NCBI GenBank assembly: GCA_040954595.2 | Contig: CM082588.2 | Coordinates: forward strand, 9,160,844 to 9,224,843 | Length of the DNA stretch: 64,000 nt | Reading direction: 5' to 3' | Source: Balanoglossus misakiensis | Taxonomy: Eukaryota; Animalia; Hemichordata | Part shown: positions 25,201-43,264 of the stretch, in pieces | Numbering within the stretch: the first letter of the stretch is position 1 | How the letters are laid out: the number at the start of each line of letters is the position of its first letter | Made by a program: the position numbers and the translations under genes | The notes under the pieces: model-generated | What the model saw: only the letters and a program-made list of their open reading frames with translations | Databases searched by the model: none | What the model was told of the DNA's origin: nothing

Positions 25201-28200
25201 TTTCAGTCAGATCAGTCTGCCGAGATCTCTGCAGCCACCGGTTGTATCTGCAGAAACAAACACCAAAAAGAGTCAGAAAATGGAATTGATACATTATAAC
25301 AAGGAGAGCCATAAAGACCCTGCAAAGCAACTGAACAAGATTTTCTGAGAATCATTCCTCAAAAATATGAGACTCTTGATTTGTGGGAGAGTAAATGGTA
25401 CTTTCTTTTCACAACTTCCAGTTATTAAATTCACTATGATAGAAGTGGGAATCTCCTACTTAACCTTAAAGAGAAAAAATCACACTTTTTGATCTTTCCT
25501 AGTCAATTTTGATTGATATGAAAAGTTAACTGATAGGCTGTGTGTTGAGTTTAAAGGGAAGGGGTCGTCGTGCCGCGTGGGTGTCCCCCTTGATGAGAAT
25601 AATATGTCCTCCCACACCCATACCAGCGCAAACCCCACTGCGGTTGCCACAACCTACTTGGATCTTCAGTTGCTGTCATGCCCAGTCTTTGCTATGGTTG
25701 GCTGCTTCGTTCATTCTAAGAATTATCTAATTTCAGGGATTTGTGGATGAATTGTAATGTTTATAAACAAACAAACAAACGCAGCGCGATGACCCCTTCA
25801 CTTTAAATAGTCCAGAATTTTCTTTCCTGGGCTCACACTTTTGATGAATTCTGTGACATTTGACAGGTTGTGGCGTTACCTTCTCTGTTGTACAACAAAG
25901 AGCTGTTCATTTGATGTTCGACTGTGCAATTTTTCTTTTCTTTCTTTGTCATGATCCCCTTCCATGACAGCGAATGAGTGTTGACCAACACCACTGATGT
26001 TCACTTCAACATCTTCATGCGCATTTGGCAGAAGGTAATCATCATCATCATCATCATCTACATTGCAAAACACACAGACAAAACACATTAACCCTAACGT
26101 TGCCAAGTCAGTTGAAATTTGTTTGATTTCCAGGGTGTGTAGAATCCTGGCTCCCAGGCCTGTTAGACTGCCAAGTGTGTGTTAATCAGTTGGGCCTATA
26201 CAAGACCCTCAAACCAATACAGTGCAAACCAGTGCGATTTGGTACATTTTACAGGGGGCTCAGACTGCCAAGTGTGTCTAAGTATGTATGAGAGCCATGT
26301 CAAGACAGTCAAAATTTGTTTAGAAGAAAAATGGCACATAGGTATTTAAGGGACATGACACTCTGAACAGATATGACACCCAGTAGCATTAGGGTTAAAC
26401 CCCTTGACTACGTCGAGTGCCAGAAATTATACTAAGATATTATTTCAAAACAGCCCTTTTGTAGTAATCTGCATTGTTATTGATGAAAATTGAATGAAGT
26501 CGAGACTCGTATTCATTTTCTACAATAACAATGGCCGTTGCTTATATACAGACTTTGTTGAAAAGCTATAAAGAGTAAAAGAAGAAAATGACACAGGAGA
26601 AAAATACTGAAAAAATAGCCAAACGTTAAAGTTACTAATATTTCACCTGAATCAAAAGGTTTTGCTGGATTTGTCATGATTCGAATTTGTCTCTCTTCAA
26701 TGATGGGTTCCCCAGTTTCGTTGCCAACATCAATTGGTAATCTGCTGACAGCCCACTGTTCCTCATTTTTGTTTCTTGGAAAATATAATGGCAGAACATC
26801 TTTGTAAATTTCCTGCAAAAAAAGAATATAACATCAAAGATAAAACCATGCAGGCCTTGCCATTACATGAATGTAGGAGATTAACAGAATCTAATACATC
26901 CCAAAGGATATGGTGTTAGATTTCTCACATGAGTTGGGCAAAGGTGAGAGTGAGACGCAATATTTTAGTTTGAGTGTCAGAAATCTTATTCCTGGTTCCT
27001 TGGTGTTTCAGATGCTATTTCTCTTGTTACTGTCACCTGGCACATCAATCTGATTAAAATCAGATGTAGAATATTACGCGCCTTCTTTACTTTCGCTGAT
27101 TCTTGGCTGTTCTGTTTGAAAGAGATGCGTGCACCCGAGAACAGCCAAGACAGAGAACAGAACAGCCAAGACAGAGAACAGAACAGCCAAAGCTAAGAGA
27201 ACAGAATAGCCAAACCTATCAAAAGCACCTAACTCTACATCTGATACTAATTAGATTGCTGGCACATTGAAGTTTCTGTCCATGTATTGCACATATAATG
27301 CTTTCAAATCTGCCAGAGTGTGGGATTACTAGAATCTCCCATTCCCCAAGGACCTGGGATCATATTTCTCACATGAGTTGGGGATTTATTGTCCCACACA
27401 AGCCGCAGGCGAGTGTGGGACAAAATATCCCTGATGAGCGTGAGAAATATGATCCCAGGTCTTTGGTGTGTGAGATTATATTTTTCACACGGCCACAAAT
27501 TAGCCAAATTCGTTAAAAAACATTGAATAAATGACTCTGGAACTGTCTTCTGGCACATTGTAGTCTCTGTCCTGTAATACACTTCACGTCATTGGATAAC
27601 ATTTTGTGTGTGTCAACTAAGGAATGCAAAATGTCATCCAATCAGCACTCACTTTATATATAGCTTTCGATTTAGTGAGAGTGTGGGATCGATTTGTTCT
27701 CACACTCTGATCCCACACTCCCAGCGTGCCAGGAATGGGAGAAGTAAAGAATCCCAGTTTATGCTACACATATCAGAGATTATTCATTCAGGAATGACAA
27801 AAAAATATATTGGGTTTTAATGATCAGACTCATGGCCCTAATAGACCAATGAAAGTGATTTTTTGATATACAAAGAACGATATTCCCAAATACATTTCAT
27901 GATTAATACTGTTATTTTTTAACCACAGGAGTACTGGTCCATGGGGACATGACATATTGGTGTTCAAATTGAAACAAATAATGGATTAAACAATCATCAA
28001 TGAAGACTTACCTCATCAATATCTCCAGTGACCAGGACGACGAGATCAAAACTACTTCCAAACTTCTCAAGAAAGCGCCGTACTGTCCCTACAAAAGAAA
28101 TAACAACTCTTAGACGTACAGTGTAGAATATATACAGTGAAACCTGTCTATTAAGGACACCTCTGGAATAAAAAAAAATCTGTCCTTAATAATAATACGG

Positions 28201-31200
28201 AGGTGTCCTGATTAGAGAAGTGTCTGTAGTGACAGGTTTCATTGAAATTATAATAATTACATTATGTATTGTTGTTTCCTTGCATTGGAGTATGTTACCA
28301 GGTACTTTATTTGTAAACATCTATGTAAACTATTCAGAAATTGTTGTCTACCTCACATTCACAGTTGATCATGTCTAGCTGAAAAGTTCTGGCTGTTTCA
28401 GTGGGTTCAATTTTTGCAATGGAAACCCACACAAAGTGTGTTTGCCATTTTGCTAAGGCCGGGAACATACTTAAGTAAACGGCTGAAGAACATATATGGA
28501 GGTCACATCACACACACCATTAAGACGGTTCTGAAGCGTCTCAGATCAGATTCCGTCTTAAAAAAACATGTGTGGACGGTGTATAGTGGTCCTGAAACGT
28601 ATCAGATTTGAGACGGCTCTGCCAGCCAGACCTGAGCCGGTGTAAGGATTAACACCTCTCCGCAACCCATTGTCTATGGGGCCGAGCCTCAGCGCCTATA
28701 CATAAACCCTTTTCTCACGTGCCGTCAACGCCGCCCCAGCGGCGGCGCTAGGGCGGCGTTAATTTGTAAGTGCCACGTGTGAAAAGGTGAGAGCGGCCCT
28801 GCGCTGCTCTTTTTTTGTGACGGTGTTGAGGGGTGGGACCTGGGTCGGGGCGCCGCACTAAACAGCGATTCAAATCACGTGTGAACAGAAACACCGCACT
28901 AAACGCCGATCTAAACGCACTCTGCCGACGCGGTTTGAGGGGATACAAGTGGCAGTTTCTAATGAGCTTGCATGTAAAATTACCCCTCTGAAAAGAGCGA
29001 TGTTTAGCACCTTGCTTAGTCAACGGTCAATTTGCCTTGTTGCTGATGGTCATCAGTAAAATGAGGAGCCCCAAAACCTACAGGCAAAGCCTTGAGGTAG
29101 TCGGAACTTACTGCAGCTGGGGCTCTGCTGAAAAAATTGAGACGCCCAGTGGAAGTGGTAGTGAAACTTGTAGCAAAGTTCATGGTGATAATTGCTAGGC
29201 AACTAGGTCTTGCCATTGTCTGGCTAAAAATACATCCCTGTGCGTGAATAAATTAAAAACGTCTTTGTCCCAAGGGACCAACTCAAAGCCACATCCCCGT
29301 ATGCTTTTACTACTAGCATGGAGTCATGCTACTAGTATATTACGCACTGGTTTCAAAGCTGTAAGACTCACAGGCGGTACCGTAGAAGCGCTTATACTTA
29401 TAGGATGACTGTACAAAAACTGGAAAAGTGTGGATTTTCTCGGATCTTCCATTTATTTGATGTGGAACAACAAATGGGACAAGTGGCGAAATGTGTCCTT
29501 GATTTTCAATCGCACCATGAAGCCTATTTGAACCTAATTTGCATAAATGTCCGAGTGCGGTGATCCCGTCCCTTTTATACACATGTGAATGCAAAACTAT
29601 TTGAGTCGCTGATAAGAAATGTTTGCCAACTTTTATAATCCAAAAAAGGGCGCCCTAATCATTGCACGTGTGCAAGCGACTATAAACTTTGTGTGTGTGG
29701 ACACAACGCGACTCAAAGGATTAATGCTCTGTGTTTACCATAGGCAAATAGTGTCTCAATTTTTTCCGTGCCTGAACCTGGTAAAAGTCGCCTCAGTCGT
29801 TTCAGGACCACTTAAACTGTTCACACATAATAATTTACGCCAGTATTTGATCTGAGATGTTTCAGAACGGTCTTAATGGTCTCTGTGTGACCTCCATAAC
29901 ATTCAGTGCACATCAGGTTTACAGTATACTGTGAAAGACAAAGTACTTACTGATTGCTATATGTGCGCCCTCTTGTGGTGGATACCCTCTCCGGACAGAG
30001 TTTATGACATTAACTGCCAAAGACTTCATTTCATTTTCTCTACAGTGAATGAAATGAAAAAATGATCATTTGATTGAGACGACATTGCTTTCTGCTCGCT
30101 TTCTTCACTGTCTCTGTATGCATGATTAAGATTTTGTGATTTCAAAACCCACTGACAAATATCTTCAGTTTAAATCCCTAACGCTGCCAAGTCAGTTTTT
30201 GTTTGATTTCCAGTGTGCCTAGAATCCTGGCTCCTTGGCCTGTTAGACTGCCAAGTGCGTGTTAATCAGTAGGGCCTATACAAGACCCTCAGACCAAACC
30301 AGTGCAATTTGGTACATTTTACAGGGGGCTCAGACTGCCAAGTGTGTCTAAGTACGTATGAGCGCCATGTCAAGACAGTCAAAATATGTTCTAGAAGAAA
30401 AAAGTGGCAAATATGTTTTTAAAGGGACTTGACACTCTAAAAAGGCATGACACCCAGTAGCATTAGGGTTAAAGAAGAAATTGAAAATCAAGAGATGCTA
30501 TATCCCAGTTGTGAGCTTACCTTGCCACCTGTAGAACTTTCCTGTAGCAACTATAGAGGGCGCTCTCTGCTGCAGTTTTGTACTTCAAATTGTAACGTGG
30601 TCCTACAGTGTGAATGATGTATCTGGATGGCAAGTTGTATGCCTTGGTCACTTTGGCCTCTCCTGTCCGACATGCTGTTTTGAAGTTTGAATAAAGTACT
30701 TTCATTAACACATTTTCCAATATTGTTTAGACAAAGGGTGATCATTAACACATTACTCACTATAGTATTATCATACATGCAACGCCTGTATTTAACACTT
30801 TCTATTGTTCTCGCCCCGAAGATATTATACGGTATTTCACAATGTGAAAATATCGCCTCCGCTTCTCGGCGCGACAGTTCGCTGTGCGCGCGAGCGACAC
30901 ACGAGCCATAGGACTCTAGTGGAGAGGGGTGTTGTAAAATTCGGTTATTAGAAGCTGTAATAAAGTTTTCAAAGCTGGCGGTTTTGTCATGTTTAGCTCT
31001 TCGAAATTCTCAATGCAAAATAATTGTTAACATGATATTTTGAAAGAGAACGTAGACAATTTTATTTAGAATGCGGATGTGCCCATCGTAATGAAAGCTG
31101 CCAACCCCCTTAAAATGATACTACGGCCCACACGTCATACGTCACAACATGGCTACTGCCGTGACCCCAGCGCCCGGTTCAATTTGAAATTGTTTTTCTC

Positions 31201-34200
31201 GGCGCATTTTCGCAAATCGTACTGTTTTATAGGTAGGCATGTATGATAAAGGGGTTATTACACGAATTTTGGTCGATAACGCGACGCATTCTCGTGATGT
31301 CCGTATTTTGACGAGTTGCGAAGCAACAAGTCAAAATACGGACATCACGAGAATGCGTCGCGTTATCGACCAAAATTGGTGTAATAACCCCTAAATATCA
31401 AGGTCTTAAACTTCTTGTCAACTTCTAAAGCTGATCATCTGATCTGATGACAGAAGTTGTCTGGAGGAAAGTTGGTCCAAAGCATGTATAAGCTTTAATG
31501 TAGCACATGCCCCAGGGACAAATTTTCAGAAAAAAATGATAGGCCTCTAAAAACCAATTCATTCTTCATGATATATAAGTGTGTGAGCAGTTTTTTTTTT
31601 CAAGGTGTTATTTTTGTCTCACTCTGAATTGGTGGTTTTTAAGACTCCCATAACACAAACAACTGATGTGATGTGATGCCAACAGATCATATTAACCATG
31701 GTACCAGGTAGGTTCAATTGTCATATTTGGTGCATATACCCCCCCCCCCCCCAAAAAAAAGGAGACAGTTAGCCATTCTGATTAAAATCAGATGTAGAGT
31801 ACGCCCATGTCTTTTACGTTGCGGTACATATATCACCTCACACTACATGTACATCTGACCAACTCCCATAGAAACTCTGGTTCAAAATCTCTGGCTTTAC
31901 TGGTCCAGTAAACCAATCAGAAGGTGTCTTACTGACAACGATATGTATCGTTCAGTGTAGATCAACATAACATGCTATCTGATTGGCCTGGCAGTAACAG
32001 GAGGTTGAACGGGAGCTTCTATGGGAGTTGTTGGTCACTCACTTTTTATATTTCGTCTGCATTCTTGTCGGAGTTCGTCTCCAGCTTGTGTAAATATTCT
32101 TTCACTGACAGGGTTTCTATCACTCAGTGTCTCATTGGTTGCGTGAACAATGCCTATTGTGTTTATCTCTGTGATGTCACCATTCCTGAAAGGCAAGGAA
32201 AAATACAGCATTGTAATAATACATACATGTACAGAGTTACCCTGAAATTAAAAGGACAAAGTCTCTCTCTCTTGCTGCCATTTTTTCCATTAATGATGTT
32301 GGATACAAGACACTGTTTATGTTATTTTACTTGTGGATATATAGTGAATCAATGTGCGACCACACACACCTTCCATCCCGCTGTATACAAGAGTCAAAAA
32401 CTGGCCAAAATGAATAATCAGCCTGTATCGTGTATTCGTGCGTGGGCTTCAATTCTTACCAATGTGTACACAAGTGTGTGTTGCGGTCTGGTACTGAAAA
32501 TGTAAACAACACAACCAAACGCATCAGCGCAAAAATGTGAACGAGCTCGAAATATAGCAGGTCAGATAAAACATTTTCTAGGAAACTCAACGTTGGAATG
32601 AAATCAAATGCTCCTTGGAAATGTAGTGTCAGCCTGTGTCGCAAGTTCCTTGTCGTGGTATACATGAAGTAGCATTGTTTGTGCGTGCACGCATATAATC
32701 TCTGTGTATGTGTAGCCATCCCAAGAAGATACGTAGTACAACATGAATTACGAAGGCCTACATATTTTACATGTCCCACTGAAATCACAGCAAGGCAGTG
32801 TTCTCCCCAGAGCAATTAAAGCATGGTGGCCACCACTCTTTAATTTTGAGAAGACAATAGAAATCAATTAACATAACAAGTGTTTATATTGTTATGCAAA
32901 TTAGCCGCCATGCTTTCCCAAAATCCTGGGGAGAACACAGTGAGGCTAAGAACTTCACCTCCATGGAATTCTAAAAATAATCCATTCATACTGATGTCTC
33001 AAGTTGGACTTCACACGGTTAGTTTACAATACTTGCCACTGAGCCGGGTCCAAAATGGCAGCTTGATCAAATCTCACGTACCTACAGCCAGACGTAAATT
33101 CAATCTTAGCGTAAAGGGCAAAAACATAGTTCACAGTATTCTTCAAGCTGTGTGTGGTCATCATATGAGTTACTTATTGATTTTGAGTAAGTAGTTAATG
33201 GATTTTGACATCAAAAATAGAGACTTTGTCAATTTAAAAGCTATAACTTTTCGCTATGTTTCCAGTACTTTTGTTTTCTACTGCTGCAGTTTCCTTTTCA
33301 AATCCCAGAAGCATAATGAAATTCCCAGTATCCGGATTTTTAACACAACCTATGTATAATATAGTCAGCATCGTTATCGTGCAAAACTAAAACTCAAGTC
33401 CGGACTAGAAATTCACTTGTCAACAATAGCAATGGCTGTTACACCCATACAGTTATGTTGACAAGCTTACATGTACGTGTAGCAATGGGTATATTGGCAT
33501 GCTGTTTGGAGTAGAACAACAAATTGCATTTGGTACAAAGAACAAAAATAGTGATAATAAAGCCAAAAGTTACAAGAAAATATCCTTTTGATGTCTATGA
33601 CTAAAGTGGAAGTGGGTGATTTTGCTGAAATTGTTTACCCTTGTACAAAAAAACAAACAAGGTAGGACATGAAGAATGGCCCAATGTTAGAGGTTAATCA
33701 TATCATATTTAGATCGGTTAGGAGGTAGAATTAGACAGGGAAAGGATTTTGCTTTGATAAAATCAAATTTCGGCTCAAAATCTGCTGTCTGGAATCGAAC
33801 CGTAGACGCACAAGTTTTGTCTCTGGAGCCTTGCAGGGCTGTGGTGGAGGCACTCTGGGAACACACAGACCTGTACACAGGGCTACAATCATTGCAGCTA
33901 AGGCCCCCCCCCCCCAAAAAATAAAAACAAACAATATAATATGTGCTGTTACGATTACATGGTTTTCAAAAATAGGGTAGGTAGGTAGGGAAAAATTTTT
34001 ATTTTGCAATTTTTTTTTATTTCTCTGGCCAATGTAGTGTAGAAGAATGACGTCATAGTTCTTGCGTGGTGTGTGCAATTTCATCATATTTCATGTAATT
34101 TTCATAAATTTTGTATATTTGATATCATTATTTTTACTTCCGGTTTATGAAGCTCTAAAAAGTTTAGGGTCGGCGGGCTAAAATTAGCCTGGTAGGTCGG

Positions 34201-35023
34201 GTAATCGGAACAGTACATATTTTTTATTTGGCCTAAGGTATGTCCATGGTCTGAGACACTCCAGTGTTCTCCCCAGGAATTTCTGATAGAGTAACGACTA
34301 ATTTGCATAACAATATTAACAAATGTTATGTTCATCAAGTTTATTAAAAGTAGTCACTATACTTTAGGACAAAGTCACTCAGTCGCTGCCCCTTTTCCTT
34401 TAATGATACATTATGTTTGTTATTCTACATGTGGATATATAGTGAATCAACGTTTGACCACCCACAACTTCCATCCCATTTGTAGGATATGAGAGTAATA
34501 ATCTCGCCCAAAATGAATAAATGGTAGCGATGATTATTCATTTCGGCAAGTTTTGTCACTTGTGTCTACAAGTGGGATGGAAGGTGTGTGTGGTTGAACG
34601 TTGATTCACTATATATCCACATGAAGAATAACATAAACGGTGTCTTGTATAAAACATAATTAATGAAAAAAGGGCAGCGAGAGAGAGACTTTGTCCCTTT
34701 AATTGCATTGGGGAGAACTGTCGACCATGAGATGTTTACAGAGGTCCGCCCCCTATCCAAAATAAACATATTCATATCACAGCACTACAACATCAACCAA
34801 GCAGCACCCGTTACAATCATTGCAGCTAAGGTGTGTCCATTTGTCTAAGACACTCCAATAAAGGTACTCACCATAAAGCGATCTTCCTATTCACTTCCTC
34901 AAGGAATGGGAATTTCGACTCTTGCTCGTCAGTGGTAATATTGTAATCGGGTACTTCCGTGTTTGCCCAATTAGGCAGCGAATGGGCATCGACAATGTTC
35001 AGATTAGCTCCAAGTGGATCCAT
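22238..35023 (-). CDS. GDAP2: GDAP2 (macro domain plus CRAL-TRIO domain), complete, 11 coding exons
   Basis: Exons 35023-34872 (MDPLGANLNIVDAHSLPNW), 32185-32043 (NGDITEINTIGIVHATNETLSDRNPVSERIF), 30674-30521 (CRTGEAKVTKAYNLPSRYIIHTVGPRYNLKYKTAAESALYSCY), 30039-29951 (RGYPPQEGAHIAIR), 28088-28012 (TVRRFLEKFG), 26812-26647 (LPLYFPR...DVGNETGEPIIEERQIRI), 26057-25880, 25247-25094, 24758-24564 (YIVVYFHT...KRNLKAFYIIHPT), 22927-22784 (WFFTTF...DIPPFVLDHD), 22294-22238 (VNGPDYY...stop). Motifs match vertebrate GDAP2 as recalled and phases are consistent. Confidence 0.95.
26092..26394. mobile_element. piggyBac-type MITE (TTAA, CCCT termini)
   Basis: ttaa-ccctaa...ttaggg-ttaa; close copy at 30176-30468. 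Confidence 0.8.
27047..27257. mobile_element. Short repeat family with AATCTGATTAAAATCAGATGTAG inverted ends
   Basis: The same termini recur at ~13537-13655, 17980-18410, 19172-19545, 23184-23330, 31776 and 39642. Confidence 0.7.
27333..27743. mobile_element. Terminal-hairpin element (third family)
   Basis: Imperfect hairpin 27333-27477 with tip gccgcaggc (27402-27410). The distal end resembles 20692-20762; a degenerate hairpin copy lies at ~26900-27020. Confidence 0.65.
28135..28244. mobile_element. Tc1/pogo-type MITE (TA-CAGTGAAACCTGTC)
   Basis: TIR cagtgaaacctgtc...gacaggtttcattg. Related elements at ~22010-22183, 24320-24495 and 38525. Confidence 0.65.
28497..29896. mobile_element. 1.4 kb non-autonomous TIR element, TA-flanked
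   Basis: ta-tggaggtcac...accattaagacggttctgaa versus ttcagaacggtcttaatggt...gtgacctcca-ta. Internal segment 28586-28705 recurs inverted at ~63287-63407. Confidence 0.7.
30176..30468. mobile_element. piggyBac-type MITE, second copy
   Basis: Highly similar to 26092-26394, same orientation. Confidence 0.8.
30768..31392. mobile_element. Non-autonomous element with 143 bp terminal hairpin and 13 bp subterminal IRs
   Basis: IR ttatcatacatgc (30768) and gcatgtatgataa (31237-31249); near-perfect hairpin 31250-31392 with a gcgaagc tip. Confidence 0.8.
33902..34233. mobile_element. Harbinger/Tourist-like MITE (GGCCAAATAAAAA family), TAA duplication
   Basis: TAA on both sides; an empty paralogous site is present at 34812-34857. 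Confidence 0.85.
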
Positions 35024-35626
35024 TTTGACGATTAATTAACTCGTCCAAGAGTCAGAATAGAGGCGATCGGATCAGAGTATGTTTTTCAACACAGCGTAAT
35101 GTTCTGCAAGTGCAATGTTAATCACTGCACGGTCGCCATCGGTGCATCTTGCCTGCAAAATATTTCGATGTAATATACAGTTGCTAGTTTGCTTACAACT
35201 GGAACTTTGTAACAACGCTATGAGGAAAACATTCACAAAAATTTAACACTCCAACCTGGTGACCGTGTTCTCTATGTGTATCGCTCGTATTATCCAATGT
35301 GACGATGACCTTAGGGCGTTATATTGTCCCAGGTTGTTCAGGTCACTGAGGTCAGGTGACGGGTACTGCGACCACGGTCGACTGGCGTGGTGTTATTTCG
35401 ATGCTCTGTCAGCTTTCCTCGTCGATCACACTATTACAGGTCACTTATGGGCCAAAACTTAGTAAGCGTTTGCCTGGACTTACCCCAGCAATTCAAGACC
35501 GCGACGAATTCATCTATTCGCCGTCACGTAATCCTAACGCACTCAACTCATCACAGCGGCAGCCATTTTGAGTTTGTGTCGGTCATGTGACTCTGATTTC
35601 CCTATAACCTTTGCGCGTGCGATGAC

Positions 35627-35868
35627 AGTCACAGGCGAAGTGGGCGTCTTGTTCGGGGAAATAAACAAACAATAAATAAATACAAAAATAAGAAACAACA
35701 ACCAGCGTCATGATAAACAACCCGGTGTTTTGAATTGAGCGGCCCACGCGCGATCGAGTGTAAGCGCACACATGTGTACATCTTATCATGAAGGATGGTT
35801 GTTGTTTATTTTGTATTTGTTTGTTTGTTTATTTCCCCGAACAAGACGCCTACTTCGCCTGTGACACA
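35627..35868. mobile_element. MITE with ~75 bp TIRs upstream of GDAP2
   Basis: gtcacaggcgaagtgggcgtcttgttcggggaaataaac...gtttatttccccgaacaagacgcctacttcgcctgtgac. Confidence 0.75.
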
Positions 35869-37678
35869 GCCTGAGCCACAGTTTGTATTCAGAATTTCAC
35901 AGCACAATATGTGTGAACTCGCTGAACAAAAACTTTTAAAGTGCACTTTTGTCCACAGTGCGTGTAATAGTACATTTTGTGGTGGCTGATAACACTGCTA
36001 AATTAAATGTCACCAATTTATTGAAGACGGCCCTAGATAATTAATTGTGTTGAAAAGGTTGATAACTCGATCACTGCAGTAAGAGTTTGACTTCCTTTGG
36101 TAAAAAAAAATCTGTTTTTGTAGGAATACCATGTTAAACTCATTTAACTTTTTTCCCCATTTTGTTTTTTCTATTACAAAGTTTAAGAATGACCCAGTTG
36201 TCCCCGTATCACTGAAGTCGACTGAAAAAATGGCGTGACCCCCCAAAAATTGCAACAAAAGGTTTCTCAAAAGTCTACCAAAATCTGATGACCAGAAATG
36301 TGTAATTTTTAAGGTTTTACCTAAAATGGCCGCCTGCACTTACTTAATTTTCCATAGTTTAGAATATTCTAATTTTCTTGCTTATAAATAAATTGTTTAT
36401 CAATGAGTTTTTAATACAAATATAGACAGAAATTGGGTGTTCCTATGCAACTAAAACTTGTGGGCAATGCTGAGTCAGCACTTTTCTTGCAGTCAGCATG
36501 CTAGTTTTCCTATGGTGAAAATACCTATAACAGATATCTCAAAATAAAGCATGGTAAATACGAACGGGACCTTTGACACATGCTTTGACCTTATTAAGCA
36601 GAACCATGTTGGTCCTCTTCTGTTTGTTTATACGATTTTCACCATTGTCAAATGATAGACTACACTGTTTAATATGTCAATTGTAAAAGGTGTCAACTGG
36701 GACCAGAGTGGGACAAAACGGGTCCACACACACCAGGCTGGGGACCAGAGTTGACCACAAACCACCCCATTAGACTGGGACTAAAATTGTCTGGAAAAGG
36801 GTAGGCCAGACCCGTTCACACATTTTTTGGGGGGCTTGGCCATGTACCTTGCTTGGACAAGGGCCAAGCCTTTTTTGAGTAATGTGAACGGCCTATACTT
36901 TGCCTGTGTTTTTTTTATATTACAGAGTTTAAGAATGACCCAGTTTCACTTTAGTATATCCTTTTCTATGGGATTACATTGAGAATTGTCAGAAACCCAC
37001 TTCTACTTGCCCATGAAATTTTACACACAACTCAAGTCAAACAAAAATAAACTTGATTGGTCAAACAAAATGATCCTGCGGTCACCCTGCTCTAATTTGA
37101 GATAAACTTCATTAGACAAACCATTCGTGAAAAAATGCTGACTTGGCAGTTTTCTTCATTATCAACTGAATTCATAGCCTTGTATTTCAAAACATGCAAG
37201 GTAACCACTTTATTTTATACTAGAAATGGCTTTTCATAATGCTTACAAAGAAGAGACCAAGAATGACAATATTTTCAATTACAGCGGACCCTATAATTTA
37301 TTATGGATTTTTATTATGTATACAAAGAGGAAACCAAAACTTCACAATTAAAAGCAATGACAATTAACTTTTAATTTTACTGATTGATAGCGAGAATTCT
37401 CTTTGCCGTCTTGGTCTTTGGTGTGATATATTGGTAACAGATATTTCTAACTAAGAATGATAAGTAGGAAGAGGATAATTGAAGTACCGGTACCAAGAAA
37501 ATTATAAAACTACAAGGGCAACCACGTGGAGAAAACACATCAGAGCACTTTATTGATGCAGCAGCAAATTATATCATTTGTCAGATACAACACATGCCCA
37601 ACTATAGGCCTGCACAAACCACTGCAGGTTATAATCTCCCCAAGAAACAGTTTGCCACACACTGAACCAATTGTTTAA

Positions 37679-38031
37679 AGCTCCCTTTAGCTGCGAAATT
37701 TCACATATTTTTTCCACAATAAAATACTTCAAAAATATTCCGGGTCCTCTAAAATCTTCACCATTAAGCGATATTACTTGCATTTGCATCAGTTTGTCAT
37801 CTCTTGGCGACGCATACCACGACAGCTATGTACTGTTTGTATGGATGCTGATTAAGTCGGTGCGGCACCTGTTTAATACATAGCGTCTGCAAATTGCAAC
37901 GTGCAGTCACAATCGGGCATCGATAAGGTGTTAATGCATGTATACCTATCAGTATGCTTATAGAGATGGACCAATTTAAGTTGTAAAATAAAGTCATGAA
38001 AATAATGAAAAAAGTGGCAGCTCTAGAGGCT
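37679..38031. mobile_element. TTAA-flanked MITE (AGCCTCTAGAGCTGCC family) downstream of the NSUN4 stop
   Basis: Inverted relative to the copy at 40052-40398. Confidence 0.75.
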
Positions 38032-38151
38032 TTAATCACTGTCTGCCAGCAGAGTGAACTTTATAATCTATATGAATGACAATTGAATATCTGAAACTGT
38101 TCATCAGAATGATTTCGACCAAATTACATTAACCTGTATAAAGTCAGACCA

Positions 38152-42626
<4,475 letters not shown>

Positions 42627-42715
42627 ATTGAACTATTTGAAGACATTTCGACAAATGGCCATCTAAATCCCGGTCTGTCTGCAGGTCAGGCGCAGCAAAC
42701 ATTCCACGACAACAT

Positions 42716-42779
42716 GAGGGTGCCGTCAATGACCTTTGGCTTTTTCAGAGACAAGTCAAAGGTCATTGACGGCGCCCTC
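42716..42779. promoter_or_regulatory. 64 bp palindrome 90-150 bp upstream of the NSUN4 ATG
   Basis: gagggtgccgtcaatgacctttggctt / aagtcaaaggtcattgacggcgccctc. The palindrome is seen directly; a regulatory role is only inferred from position. Confidence 0.4.
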
Positions 42780-42897
42780 TTGAGAGAAAAGACCTCAAGT
42801 AGTCTGGTTCCCTGCCCCAATCCCACCGCTGGCTGCGCTACGCTTTCACAGAGCAAAACACATCACCTATCTATCTTGTAAAAAAGAAAAACAGCGG

Positions 42898-43264
42898 TCC
42901 CATGAAAAGAATTTGAAACTGATGTTCCCCCTCACTGAACATTGTTTTTATTTTTTAAGTATTTGTATTCTGTATTGGGAGACATTGTAAACCGAGAATT
43001 GAAGGGGGTGGGTAAGAAAACTTTATAAAATACAGAGCTCAAAGCTGCATTTTAATGAACCCTCCCACATTAGAAACTTTTGTAAAATAAAGGGCGCGAA
43101 ACTGCATTTTTGTGGACTCAAAATAAATATTTAGTCGTCAAAGTTTTCAAGTCCCTCCCTTTCAGTCCCTAAATTATTTCAAATCCCCCTTACATACCCT
43201 CAATTTTTTTCAAATCCCCCCCTCAATTCTCCCGCCCCCTCCAGAGGTGTTTGTGAATGCAGCC
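42898..43264. mobile_element. Fragment of the GGCTGCATTCAC-terminus element
   Basis: Ends ggtgtttgtgaatgcagcc-tta; inverted homologue of 63410-64000. Confidence 0.7.
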
